This document shows positions 52,091-61,764 of a stretch of DNA of 64,000 nt, in pieces; within the stretch, counting starts at the first letter, position 1; every line of letters starts with the position of its first letter. Location of the stretch: NCBI GenBank assembly GCA_016929395.1, contig JAFGIX010000052.1:7151-71150 (forward strand). Reading direction: 5' to 3'. The position numbers and the translations under genes were made by a program. Below the pieces are notes generated by a model that saw nothing but the letters and a program-made list of their open reading frames with translations, was not told the DNA's origin and did not search any database. This DNA comes from Candidatus Zymogenus saltonus. Lineage in GTDB: Bacteria > Desulfobacterota > Zymogenia > Zymogenales > Zymogenaceae.

Positions 52091-52561
52091 TCAGATCCTC
52101 CTTATCGCCTCCTCTATCACTTCCCAGCCGAAGCCCCTCCTCTTGAGCTTTACGATTATCTCCTCCTTGAAACCTTCCTTCAATCCTTCCCCCCTCCCCT
52201 TTTCGATCGACATCCTCTTTTCCACGAACCGCTTCGCCCCTGAAATCTCCCTTTCCAACACATCGGGACTTTCAAGCGCACCGTCCACTATCTCCCTCGA
52301 AACGCCCCTCTTTTGAAGCTCCGCCCTTATCTTCATCTTTCCCCAGGACTTTCTCACGAGCCCGTATTCGAGAAAGCGCTCCGCAAAATCAACGTCGTCG
52401 AGGTATTTATCCTCCTGAAGTCTATGCAACACATTTATCACGGCCCCTTCATCCATTCCCTTTTTTAGCAGCTTGATTTTAAGTTCATATACGCTGTGGG
52501 GGCGCCTGCCGAGGCTTTTTAACGCGGAGTCCAGTACTCTTTCTTCTTCGGCCTGATTCAC
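52091..52561 (-). CDS. recX: recombination regulator RecX
   Basis: three-helix-repeat RecX sequence; GTG start abutting pilT stop. Confidence 0.85.
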   Translation of the reverse strand: MNQAEEERVLDSALKSLGRRPHSVYELKIKLLKKGMDEGAVINVLHRLQEDKYLDDVDFAERFLEYGLVRKSWGKMKIRAELQKRGVSREIVDGALESPDVLEREISGAKRFVEKRMSIEKGRGEGLKEGFKEEIIVKLKRRGFGWEVIEEAIRRI

Positions 52562-53728
52562 CTAAAACCTGTCTATCTTGATCTCTTCATCTCCCCCCTT
52601 GTCCTCGTCCTGCTCGGAGATATCCTTGTCAAACTCGTCCCAGGTGGAATCGCTTGTGGACGAGATCCCCTTGATCCTCAGGGCGAAGTCGTCCGGGTTG
52701 GTGCTCTGGCGCATGGCCTCCTCGTACGTTATCAATCCCCTTCTGAAGAGGAACATCAGGGATTGGTCGAAGGTCTGCATCCCATGGGTGGTATATCCCT
52801 TTGAAATTGCGTCGTGAATCTCCTTTGTCTTCTCCTTGTCGGAGATGCACTCCCGAATAAGTCCCGTCGAGACCAGCACCTCCACGGCCGGGACCCTCCC
52901 CTTTCCATCGGCCCTCGGCACGAGGCGCTGGGAGACAACCCCTTTTAGGATTCCCGCAAGCTGAAATCGTATCTGCTGCTGCTGATAGGGCGGGAAGACC
53001 GAAATTATTCGGGTTATAGTCTCCGTGGCGTCCACGGTGTGGAGGGTGCTCAAGACGAGGTGCCCCGTTTCCGCCGCGGTAAGGGCCGTCTCTATCGTCT
53101 CGAAGTCCCTCATCTCCCCCACGAGGATCGTGTCCGGGTCCTGCCTCAGGGCGCTCTTCAGGGCCCCGGCGAAGTTCTGGGCGTCAAAGCCTATCTCCCG
53201 CTGGTTTATGATGCTCTTCTTGTCTCTGTGAAGAAACTCGATCGGGTCCTCTATGGTCAATATGTGACATGTCCTATTAGAGTTGATATAATCTATCATG
53301 GCGGCCAGGGTCGTGGATTTCCCCGATCCGGTTGTCCCGGTAACAAGGATCAGACCCCTCGGCTCGGACGCTATCTTTTCCAGCACGTTTGGCAGGTTGA
53401 GTTCCTGGACGTTTTTGATCTTTACCGGGATAGAGCGAAGGACGATCCCCAGCGTTCCCCTCTGTTGAAAGACATTGACCCTGAACCTCCCCAGACCAGG
53501 CACCCCGTAGGCGAGATCGACGTCGTTGGAGTCTCTGTACCTTTCCATCTGCTTCTTGTTCATGATGCTTTCCGCCATGCCCGTTATCTCGTCGGGAGTA
53601 ATACGCGGGGCGTTCTTCAGCGGAAACAGGGATCCGTCTATCCTCAACACGGGCGGAAGGCCCACCTTGAGGTGAACGTCGGATGCACCCTGCTTCACGC
53701 CCACTTTCAATATCTCATTTATGTCCAT
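52562..53728 (-). CDS. pilT: type IV pilus retraction ATPase PilT family (with acidic C-terminal tail)
   Basis: GPTGSGKST Walker A, Asp box, His box, AIRNLIRE-like motif (LIRECISD); 14-nt overlap with recA. Confidence 0.85.
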   Translation of the reverse strand: MDINEILKVGVKQGASDVHLKVGLPPVLRIDGSLFPLKNAPRITPDEITGMAESIMNKKQMERYRDSNDVDLAYGVPGLGRFRVNVFQQRGTLGIVLRSIPVKIKNVQELNLPNVLEKIASEPRGLILVTGTTGSGKSTTLAAMIDYINSNRTCHILTIEDPIEFLHRDKKSIINQREIGFDAQNFAGALKSALRQDPDTILVGEMRDFETIETALTAAETGHLVLSTLHTVDATETITRIISVFPPYQQQQIRFQLAGILKGVVSQRLVPRADGKGRVPAVEVLVSTGLIRECISDKEKTKEIHDAISKGYTTHGMQTFDQSLMFLFRRGLITYEEAMRQSTNPDDFALRIKGISSTSDSTWDEFDKDISEQDEDKGGDEEIKIDRF

Positions 53729-54761
53729 CTCCTAACTCCTCCAGTGGTGGTTCGGAAATTCTCTTCTTAAGCCCGTGCTTTTCCAGCACCTTTGACTCTA
53801 TAGTGTCAAAGATGTTTTTGTTTTCCTTAAGAAAGACCCGGGCGTTTTCCCTTCCCTGGCCGATCCGCTCGTCGCCGTACGAGTACCAAGTGCCGCTCTT
53901 CTCTATAAGGCCATCCTCCACCGCCAGGTCCAAGAGATCCCCCTCCTTGGAGATACCCAGACCGTAGATTATATCGAACTCCACCTCTTTAAACGGCGGG
54001 GCTATCTTGTTTTTTACCACCTTGACCTTTGTACGGTTTCCGACAACCTCCTGGCCGTCTTTCAGGGCGCCTATCCTCCTAATGTCGAGGCGTACACTGG
54101 AATAGAACTTGAGGGCGTTGCCACCGGTCGTCGTCTCCGGGCTTCCAAACAAGACGCCTATTTTCATACGGATCTGGTTTATAAATATTACGGATGTCTT
54201 CGACTTGGAGATTGAAGAAGTAAGCTTCCTCATTGCCTGGGACATGAGCCTCGCCTGAAGTCCCATGTGGGAATCTCCCATATCCCCCTCGATCTCGGCC
54301 CTTGGAACCAAGGCCGCGACCGAGTCTATAACCAGCACGTCCACGGCCCCGCTCCGAACAAGGATGTCGGTGATCTCCAGGGCCTGCTCCCCCGTGTCCG
54401 GCTGGGAGATTAACAGCTCTTCCGTGTTGATCCCCAATGCCTTGGCGTATGATATATCGAGGGCGTGTTCAGCATCGATGAAGGCCACAACGCCGCCGAG
54501 CTTTTGGGCCTCGGCTATGATATGGAGGGCGAGGGTCGTCTTGCCGGAGGCCTCCGGCCCGTATATCTCGATTATTCTCCCCCGGGGAATTCCACCCACT
54601 CCCAGGGCAATATCTAGACCGATGGAGCCGGTGGGTATTACCGGCACAGCGGCGATCTCGCCGCCCTCGCCGAGCTTCATTATCGCCCCCTTGCCATACT
54701 GCTTTTCTATCTGAGACAAAGCCAGGTTCAATGATTTCTCTTTTCTCTCATCCAATGCCAT
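53715..54761 (-). CDS. recA: recombinase RecA
   Basis: GPESSGKTT-type Walker A (GPEASGKTT), L1/L2 loops; full length. Confidence 0.95.
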   Translation of the reverse strand: MALDERKEKSLNLALSQIEKQYGKGAIMKLGEGGEIAAVPVIPTGSIGLDIALGVGGIPRGRIIEIYGPEASGKTTLALHIIAEAQKLGGVVAFIDAEHALDISYAKALGINTEELLISQPDTGEQALEITDILVRSGAVDVLVIDSVAALVPRAEIEGDMGDSHMGLQARLMSQAMRKLTSSISKSKTSVIFINQIRMKIGVLFGSPETTTGGNALKFYSSVRLDIRRIGALKDGQEVVGNRTKVKVVKNKIAPPFKEVEFDIIYGLGISKEGDLLDLAVEDGLIEKSGTWYSYGDERIGQGRENARVFLKENKNIFDTIESKVLEKHGLKKRISEPPLEELGDGHK

Positions 54762-54776
54762 AAGAAACCCTCCCGT

Positions 54777-55358
54777 TTATCCAAAGGGGTAATAAAAGAG
54801 GGAGGTGTAAACCGCCCCCGTGGGTCTTAGATCACTCTTGAATAGGTGCAGCCCCGAAACCCGAATATCGCCCAAGATAATATCTTTCATTCCCTCGATT
54901 CTCTCGATCATCCGTCGGTCCGCCCTGCCCTTGACCCTCCCGAGCGTCAGGTGGGGCCTGAAATCCCGATCCTCTCTGGGAAAGCCTATCTTTGAAAATG
55001 TCTCCTCCAGGGAATCCCGTATCGCCCCCAGCCTCTCGATATCACCGTCAAGCCCGACCCATATCACCCTGGCCCCCCTTGACTTATTTCCGCCGGGGAA
55101 GGTCCCCAACTCCTTGACGGTAAGAGATATATCGTCCATCCCCTTAAAACCTGATACCCCCTCCTCCCCCGCCTCGGTTACCTTTTTTAGATCGCCCTCT
55201 TTGACGCTCCCTAGAAATTTAAGCGTCAGGTGAATCGCCCCGGGCCTTACCCACTTCACACCGTCTTCGGGGGATGAGAGCTTTTCTATCAGCTCCCCGA
55301 GTTTTGATCTCATCTCCTCTGTTATCTCCGCTGCAATAAATAGCCTGAGATCAGCCAT
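54777..55358 (-). CDS. thpR: RNA 2',3'-cyclic phosphodiesterase (2H family, ThpR/LigT)
   Basis: two HxTx motifs (HLTLKF, HLTLGR). Confidence 0.85.
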   Translation of the reverse strand: MADLRLFIAAEITEEMRSKLGELIEKLSSPEDGVKWVRPGAIHLTLKFLGSVKEGDLKKVTEAGEEGVSGFKGMDDISLTVKELGTFPGGNKSRGARVIWVGLDGDIERLGAIRDSLEETFSKIGFPREDRDFRPHLTLGRVKGRADRRMIERIEGMKDIILGDIRVSGLHLFKSDLRPTGAVYTSLFYYPFG

Positions 55359-55524
55359 TAATCACCGCTCCACGACTCAATATTAATATCTCCAATAACT
55401 TCAATATCTCTACATCTATCAATATCTTTCCGGCCCCTACCTTGTTTGCCGTCACCGCCTACAATCCCCTGACCCTCATATATTGTAAAACTAATTACAA
55501 AAACAGTCTATAAATATTTGAAAT

Positions 55525-55552
55525 AATCTTCGCGCCAAAAAATCTTCGCGCC
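55525..55552 (-). promoter_or_regulatory. direct repeat AATCTTCGCGCC x2 (16-bp spacing) upstream of thpR-recA
   Basis: two identical 12-mers at 55525-55536 and 55541-55552. Confidence 0.3.
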
Positions 55553-55745
55553 CCCATCATGCTTGGATGAATCGTGAAAACTCCCCTTCCACCGTATCTG
55601 GCTTATCTACAAACTTTTAATCCAATTTCCGACATCTCTGTATTCTCATTTAGCCCGTTCTAAACGCCGTTCTCCTTCAAACTGCTGGGTTTGTGCCACC
55701 CATTTTCACACAAACTTCTTCTCCCCGTTCTCTCCCCTCCGCATG

Positions 55746-57053
55746 CTATCGACTCCACCTCTCCCCCACCTCGGACACCTTCTTTCCGAGGAGACAGCGC
55801 CGGAGCCACTCGAGGGCCATCTCCGACGAGATAAGCCTTATCCTCCCCCTGTCACCGATAAACTTGTATCCCTTTGAGACGACGATCTCGCTCCGCTTTC
55901 GCTTGGCGCCCCGGTCATCGTCGTAGGCCAGGCCGATGAATACCGTCCCCACCGGTTTTTCCTCGGTACCACCGGAAGGCCCGGCGATTCCCGTTATAGA
56001 GATGCCTATATCTGTCTTGGCGCTCCTCTTGACCCCCAGGGCCATCGCCTCGGCGACATCGGAGCTTACGGCGCCCTTCGTCGAGATGAGTACCGGATCC
56101 ACCCCTATAAGGTAGCTTTTTGCCTCGTTGCTGTAGCTCACAATCCCGCTCTTGAAGTAGGCGGAGCTTCCGGGCACTTCCGTGAGCCTCTTGGACAAGA
56201 GCCCCCCGGTGCACGATTCCGACACCGCCAAGGTCAATCCCCCTGTTATGAGCATTCCGGAAACGACCATATCGAGGGTCTCGTCATCCTCGCCGAATAC
56301 CCTCTCCCCGAGCTCCACCCTCATTTTCTTCTCTATCCCCTCCACCAGCTCTTCGGCTCTCTCCATAGATTCTTTGGATCTCGCGGTTATCGTGACGTGG
56401 TTCTCCGGGAATATGGGGAGAAATCCCACCTTTATCCTGTCCCTGTCGTACGGGATATCCTTGACGCGCTCGTAGACCTGGGACTCCGTAAGGCCGAAGA
56501 CCTTGAGCACCTTTTTCGCCACGAAACTTCCCCGCCTCAATCTTTCAGCTATAATCGTCAGCACCCCCTGGTCCATCATCACCGTCATCTCCTCGGGAAC
56601 GCCGGGAAGGACGAACACGTGCTTTTCGTCCTGAAGGATATGGTAGCCCGGGGCCGTGCCCACCGGATTTGTGATCATCTCCGATCCCGCAGGCATAAGG
56701 GCCTGTCTCTCGGCTCCCGGTCCCAGCTTTATCCCCCTTTTTTCGTACTTCGCCTCGATCTGATCGAGGGCTTCCGGGAAGAGGACGAGCCTCAAGCCCA
56801 TTCCCTTGGCCACGGCCTTTGAAGTAATATCATCGGGCGTGGGACCCAAACCTCCCGTCACCACGACCACGTCGGCCCGGGATACAGCTGTCTTCAACGA
56901 TTCGACTATTCTAACTTCATCGTCCCCGACGGTCGTTATTTGAATGGTCTCTATTCCGAATTGGAAGAGCCTGTCCGCGATGAATGTAGCGTTCGTGTCC
57001 GTCACGTGTCCAGAGAGGAGCTCGTTTCCAATGGTGATTATCTCCCCCCTCAA
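55746..57053 (-). CDS. cinA: competence/damage-inducible protein CinA (MoCF-binding + PncC-like deamidase domains)
   Basis: MRGEIITIGNELLSG...; full two-domain CinA. Confidence 0.9.
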   Translation of the reverse strand: MRGEIITIGNELLSGHVTDTNATFIADRLFQFGIETIQITTVGDDEVRIVESLKTAVSRADVVVVTGGLGPTPDDITSKAVAKGMGLRLVLFPEALDQIEAKYEKRGIKLGPGAERQALMPAGSEMITNPVGTAPGYHILQDEKHVFVLPGVPEEMTVMMDQGVLTIIAERLRRGSFVAKKVLKVFGLTESQVYERVKDIPYDRDRIKVGFLPIFPENHVTITARSKESMERAEELVEGIEKKMRVELGERVFGEDDETLDMVVSGMLITGGLTLAVSESCTGGLLSKRLTEVPGSSAYFKSGIVSYSNEAKSYLIGVDPVLISTKGAVSSDVAEAMALGVKRSAKTDIGISITGIAGPSGGTEEKPVGTVFIGLAYDDDRGAKRKRSEIVVSKGYKFIGDRGRIRLISSEMALEWLRRCLLGKKVSEVGERWSR

Positions 57054-57523
57054 AGGGCCCCCCTCACAATGATGACGGCCCAGAGGACGATATTGGTGTA
57101 GACGCCGGCGATCACATCGTCGAGGACCACCCCGATGCCGCCGCCCACCTTTTTATCCACCATGCCCGCGGGATATGGTTTTAAAATGTCAAAGAACCGA
57201 AATACTATAAAGCCAGCCACGAGATACTCGACCGTGTCCGGGATCAGCAACATCGAAACGAGGTAGCCGACTATCTCGTCGATCACGATCTTCTTTGAAT
57301 CGTGCTCCCCGAAGAGGACGTTGGCATCGCCCGATATTTTTACCGCGGCGATCCCGAGAACGACGACCCCGGCTATGTACACGGGAAACCCCCCTAAGTT
57401 CAACAGGAGGCATATCCCGACGCCCAGAAGACTTCCGAAGGTGCCGGGCATAAGGGGGATGTACCCGATCCCCAGGCCGGTCGCGGCGGCCTTTATAAAA
57501 AAATCTTTCACTTTTTGCCGCAA
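57050..57523 (-). CDS. pgpA: phosphatidylglycerophosphatase A
   Basis: GLGIGYIPLMPGTFGSL PgpA signature; ATGA overlap with cinA. Confidence 0.85.
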   Translation of the reverse strand: MRQKVKDFFIKAAATGLGIGYIPLMPGTFGSLLGVGICLLLNLGGFPVYIAGVVVLGIAAVKISGDANVLFGEHDSKKIVIDEIVGYLVSMLLIPDTVEYLVAGFIVFRFFDILKPYPAGMVDKKVGGGIGVVLDDVIAGVYTNIVLWAVIIVRGAL

Positions 57524-57540
57524 TCTCCCATAAAATTATA

Positions 57541-59028
57541 TTAGCAAACGTCATCATTGTCAAGCCGATCCACGACCCTGAGGAAGGCCTCCACGACCCT
57601 GGGGTCGAACTGGGTGCCGGAATTCGACTTTATCTCCTCGATGGTCTTTTCCCTGCCGATCTTCTCCCTGTACGCCCTCGTGGAAGTCATGGCGTCGTAG
57701 GTGTCGGCAACGGCGATTATCCTCGACAGCATTGGTATATCCTCGCCGACAAGCCCCTCCGGATACCCCTCCCCGTTATATCGCTCATGGTGGTAATACA
57801 CTATCTCGGCGATATCCTGAAACTGGGAAATCGGGGCAAGTATATCCCTCCCTATCACCGGGTGAGATCTCATCTCCTCGGACTCTTTCGTGTCCAATTT
57901 CCCGTTTTTATTTAGCACCAACTCGCTTATTCCTATCTTTCCGATGTCGTGCAATATGCCCGCCTGGGCGAGCCTGTCTATTTCCTCCTGGGGAAGGTTC
58001 ATCTCCTTTGCTATTATCAGGGCATATCTCGTTACCCGCTCGGAGTGGCCGCTGGCGTATTTGTCCTTGACGTCCAATGTCTTGGCAAAGCTCTTTACAG
58101 TATCTCCCAGAATATTTACGATATCCTCATAAAGCCTTGCGTTCTCGATGGCCACGGAGACGTTGTTTACGAGGATCATGAGGGATTTCTTGACCCCCTC
58201 GGTAAAAATGAATCCCCTTGTAAAAGAAAATTGGGCAACAAAACCCATCGTTTTTTCTTTTATCCTCATGGGAAGCAGAAGGACCGACTCGACACCGGAA
58301 AGATCCTTAATCAGCTCGTCGAGCTTTTTCAGCTCTTTACCGGCGAAAATCATACCTTCCTTACCATCGATAAAGGAAAGTATCTTTCTCCAATAGATAA
58401 TTTCATTTACCCTGCTGGATATTCCCATATCCTTTGCCTTTACCAGTCTGTATTTATAGTCTTTCATCGACGTGTCCAGGACACAAAAACCGACCGCGTC
58501 GGCCTCCCCCTCTTTAAACAACACATCCACGAACATTGAAAGGACGCTGTCCAGCTGAAGGTTGGAGCTTATGGCCATGCTTATATCATAAAGGGCCATG
58601 GTCTCCTTCAACTCGAGGTTTTCCTTTATCAGCTTCTGCTTTTCTACGGCATGTTCTATTACCCTTAAAAGATCGGAGAACTGGAACGGCTTCATTATAT
58701 AATCATAGGCGCCCTTCTTTATCGCCTCCACGGCGGTCTCGACCGTCGCAAATCCCGTCATCATGATGGTGATTATCTTTACCCTGAGGTTGTTTATCTG
58801 GTACAAAAGTTCCATCCCCCCCATCCTCGGCATCCTCATATCCGTGATGACGAGGTCCGGCGGCTCCCGCCTGATGATATGAAGGGCTTCGATTCCGTCC
58901 TCCGCCGTTTTGATGTTATACCCCTCTCCTTCCAACACATCGCTCAGGATATCTCGGACGCTGAACTCGTCATCGACAACAAGTATGGTGTACTTTCCCT
59001 TGCCGGTTTCCATAAGATCTTGCCGCAT
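57541..59028 (-). CDS. response regulator with REC - GAF-like - HD-GYP domains (c-di-GMP phosphodiesterase type)
   Basis: ILVVDDE...D..MP REC; HD...HHERYNGEGYP HD-GYP motifs. Confidence 0.85.
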   Translation of the reverse strand: MRQDLMETGKGKYTILVVDDEFSVRDILSDVLEGEGYNIKTAEDGIEALHIIRREPPDLVITDMRMPRMGGMELLYQINNLRVKIITIMMTGFATVETAVEAIKKGAYDYIMKPFQFSDLLRVIEHAVEKQKLIKENLELKETMALYDISMAISSNLQLDSVLSMFVDVLFKEGEADAVGFCVLDTSMKDYKYRLVKAKDMGISSRVNEIIYWRKILSFIDGKEGMIFAGKELKKLDELIKDLSGVESVLLLPMRIKEKTMGFVAQFSFTRGFIFTEGVKKSLMILVNNVSVAIENARLYEDIVNILGDTVKSFAKTLDVKDKYASGHSERVTRYALIIAKEMNLPQEEIDRLAQAGILHDIGKIGISELVLNKNGKLDTKESEEMRSHPVIGRDILAPISQFQDIAEIVYYHHERYNGEGYPEGLVGEDIPMLSRIIAVADTYDAMTSTRAYREKIGREKTIEEIKSNSGTQFDPRVVEAFLRVVDRLDNDDVC

Positions 59029-59034
59029 GTTTTT

Positions 59035-60267
59035 CTACTTAACCATCTCGGCTCTTCCCTTTTTATTCCTCTCCAGATCGATGATGACAATTCTGTAGAC
59101 CTCTTTGACGGGAAGGCCGGATTTTTGAGATATGGCTTTTATATCCTCGTATTCGGGGTGTGCCCCGAAGAGTTTATTTTTAGTGTCGGACGTAAACTTT
59201 ACCTTCACGGGGCCAAGGGACGTTCCCACCTCCTCGATCCACCTTTTAAGCTTTAGACGCCTCTCCCTCCTGTACCTGACGCCCGATGTGGTGCTCTCGG
59301 AGAGGACGATCTTGGTCATCTTGAGACAGTCTTTCGGCTCCATCATGACGGTCAATTCCGTCCCCGGCCTCCCCTTTTTCATAATAAGGGGGGCAAGGGT
59401 GACGTCCAGGGCGCCCGCCTCAAAGAGCCTTTCCGTGAGCGGCTCGTAGAATTGCGGATTCATGTCGTCAATATTTGTAGTGACGACAATAACCTCGTCT
59501 TCGTAATAGGTATTTTGAAAGGCGGTAGTCCCCTCGGCGCCCACGATAAGCCTCAAGAGGTTCGGGGGGGCGCTGTCACCGTTCGAGTATTTAAAGACCT
59601 TGTCTCCGGCGCCGTAACCTATCTCCTCCACGACCATGTCGGTTATCCCCCCGAAATCATCCACGACCGCCTTCAGGACGGCGGCCCCTGTCGGGGTCAC
59701 AAGCTCCCCCAACACGTCCGTTTTTCTTACGGGAATCCCCTTTAGGAGCTCCATCGTCGCCGGCGCCGGCACCGGTAGTTTTCCGTGCCGTGTATCGACG
59801 AATCCGGAGCCCAGAGGCACGGGCCCGGAGATAAACTTAGTGGGCTTAAGAGATCCGAGGCCCAAACCCGCGCCGACTATATCCACGATGGAGTCCACGG
59901 CGCCCACCTCATGGAAGTGAACATCTTCCACATCTATCCCGTGGACTTTAGCCTCCGCCTCGGCGAGAATTGCAAAGATCTCAAGGGCGATATCCTTGCC
60001 GATACATGGGGACATCTTTTCTTCAAGCATCCCCCTTATCGACCGGTAGTCCCTCGACTTCTCTTTCTCCCGGTCGTAGGATACTTTAAAGTCGACCGCA
60101 TCGACCGATCCCCTCTTTATCCTCTCCACATGAAGCTCAGCCCCGATCCCCATTCGGTCTATCTCTTCCTTAAGCCCCTCGACGTTAAATCCCGCGTCGA
60201 TCAAGGCCCCGAGGAGCATATCGCCGGATATTCCGGAAAATGTGTCTATGTATACTATTTTCCCCAC
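59035..60267 (-). CDS. larC: nickel-pincer cofactor biosynthesis protein LarC (DUF111 nickel insertion)
   Basis: YIDTFSGISGDMLLGALIDAG N-terminus; GTG start inferred (ORF extends to 60336). Confidence 0.8.
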   Translation of the reverse strand: MGKIVYIDTFSGISGDMLLGALIDAGFNVEGLKEEIDRMGIGAELHVERIKRGSVDAVDFKVSYDREKEKSRDYRSIRGMLEEKMSPCIGKDIALEIFAILAEAEAKVHGIDVEDVHFHEVGAVDSIVDIVGAGLGLGSLKPTKFISGPVPLGSGFVDTRHGKLPVPAPATMELLKGIPVRKTDVLGELVTPTGAAVLKAVVDDFGGITDMVVEEIGYGAGDKVFKYSNGDSAPPNLLRLIVGAEGTTAFQNTYYEDEVIVVTTNIDDMNPQFYEPLTERLFEAGALDVTLAPLIMKKGRPGTELTVMMEPKDCLKMTKIVLSESTTSGVRYRRERRLKLKRWIEEVGTSLGPVKVKFTSDTKNKLFGAHPEYEDIKAISQKSGLPVKEVYRIVIIDLERNKKGRAEMVK

Positions 60268-60408
60268 TGCGGTAAAAATCAACTCCTGATGTATATAAGA
60301 TAAATAAGACAACAATAAACGCCGGCCCGTCCCCATAACCTCATCTCGAGTCGACCTTTTACGCCGTGTAAATATAAAAAAAGGGACTTTCTCAAGAATA
60401 TCGGTCGA

Positions 60409-61155
60409 CTACCGATTTATCAACGAGGCGACATAACCCCCGCTGAACCCGTTGTCGATGTTTACCACGCACACCCCAGCGGCGCAAGAGTTGAGCATCC
60501 CCAAAAGGGCCGATATCCCGCCGAGCGCCGCACCGTATCCTATGCTGGTCGGCACGGCCACCACCGGACGCTCCACGATTCCCCCGACGACGCTCGGAAG
60601 CGCCCCCTCCATACCCGCAACCACGACAAGGACATTGGCCGACCTGATGTCTTTCCCCCTGTACATGAGCCTGTGGATTCCCGCGACCCCGACATCGTAG
60701 AGCCTCTCGGTGCGGTTTCCCATCAGCTCACACACGAGGACCGCCTCCTCCGCCACCGGTATATCGGAGGTTCCGGCGCAAATCACCATTATAGTGCCGC
60801 GTCCTTTCTCCTCGACCTCCCTTACCTTGAGAACGAGGCACCTCGCCCTCTCGTGATGCGTAATCTCGGGGATTATTTTCCTTACCACCGCCGCTTTTTC
60901 ACCGTCCACCCTGGTAACAAGGACGTTATTGGTTCCGCCGGAGAGGCTCCTTACGATTTCGGCGATATCCTCAGGTCTCTTTCCCTCACCCAAAACGACC
61001 TCGGGAAAGCCCTGCCTTATCGCCCTGTGGGTGTCGGGCATGGCAAAACCGAGATCCATAAAGGGGAGCCCCTTCAGCTCCTCCAATCCCTCTTCCACCG
61101 TAATCTCGCCGTTTTTAACCATCGACAGGAGCCGTTTTAGCTCGTCTCGGTCCAT
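60409..61155 (-). CDS. larB: nickel-pincer cofactor biosynthesis protein LarB (PurE-like carboxylase/hydrolase)
   Basis: N-terminal extension + PurE-like domain (VAGMEGALPSVV...). Confidence 0.8.
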   Translation of the reverse strand: MDRDELKRLLSMVKNGEITVEEGLEELKGLPFMDLGFAMPDTHRAIRQGFPEVVLGEGKRPEDIAEIVRSLSGGTNNVLVTRVDGEKAAVVRKIIPEITHHERARCLVLKVREVEEKGRGTIMVICAGTSDIPVAEEAVLVCELMGNRTERLYDVGVAGIHRLMYRGKDIRSANVLVVVAGMEGALPSVVGGIVERPVVAVPTSIGYGAALGGISALLGMLNSCAAGVCVVNIDNGFSGGYVASLINR

Positions 61156-61755
61156 CTATGCTTTCCCTGTGAATGTATCTATCGAATCCGGCTTTAAGAG
61201 AAATAGGAAGGGCACCCTGACATTTCCGTTACCCACGACAAAATCGCAGGCGATCATCAAGGCCCTGCTTGGAATGTCCGTGTTTTCTGAAATGTACTTC
61301 TGAACCAGGCCGCTGGATTCCAAAAAGGAAAGGCGGGGGACCGAGGGCATAAGGATGTCCCCGAAGTATTTCCCTATGGCTGTGATATAGGTCGCCGCCA
61401 GGATATTTCCTATCTCCCCCAGGACGGAGTTTTTTACATCCTCGCTTATCTCCCCGTGGGTCCTTCTCGAGGCCAGATCGGTCGTCAATACTTCGGCATC
61501 CTTCGAACTTGGGAGAAGAAATATCTCTCCCTTCAGCTTGCCCTGAACGTTCAATTTTACAAGGCTGATCCTGCCGTTGACATTCCCGTAGAGATTGTTG
61601 ATTCTTCCAATTTCCACGACATCGACGACGGAATTCCCCACACTCACCGGCCCGCCGGAAATATCCGACAGCGCCAGAGCCGTTTTCTCCGCGGCGTCTT
61701 CCGAATGTGCCTTATAGATCTCGTCTTTCTGCGATAAAATTTCTCTAATGTTCAA
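61156..61755 (-). CDS. cheC: chemotaxis phosphatase CheC family
   Basis: two CheC-type repeats (GE.GNIL.. motifs). Confidence 0.75.
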   Translation of the reverse strand: MNIREILSQKDEIYKAHSEDAAEKTALALSDISGGPVSVGNSVVDVVEIGRINNLYGNVNGRISLVKLNVQGKLKGEIFLLPSSKDAEVLTTDLASRRTHGEISEDVKNSVLGEIGNILAATYITAIGKYFGDILMPSVPRLSFLESSGLVQKYISENTDIPSRALMIACDFVVGNGNVRVPFLFLLKPDSIDTFTGKA

Positions 61756-61764
61756 GTCTTCAAA

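Noticed and set aside
53039-53770. 243-aa plus-strand ORF
   Set aside because: Antisense shadow of pilT.
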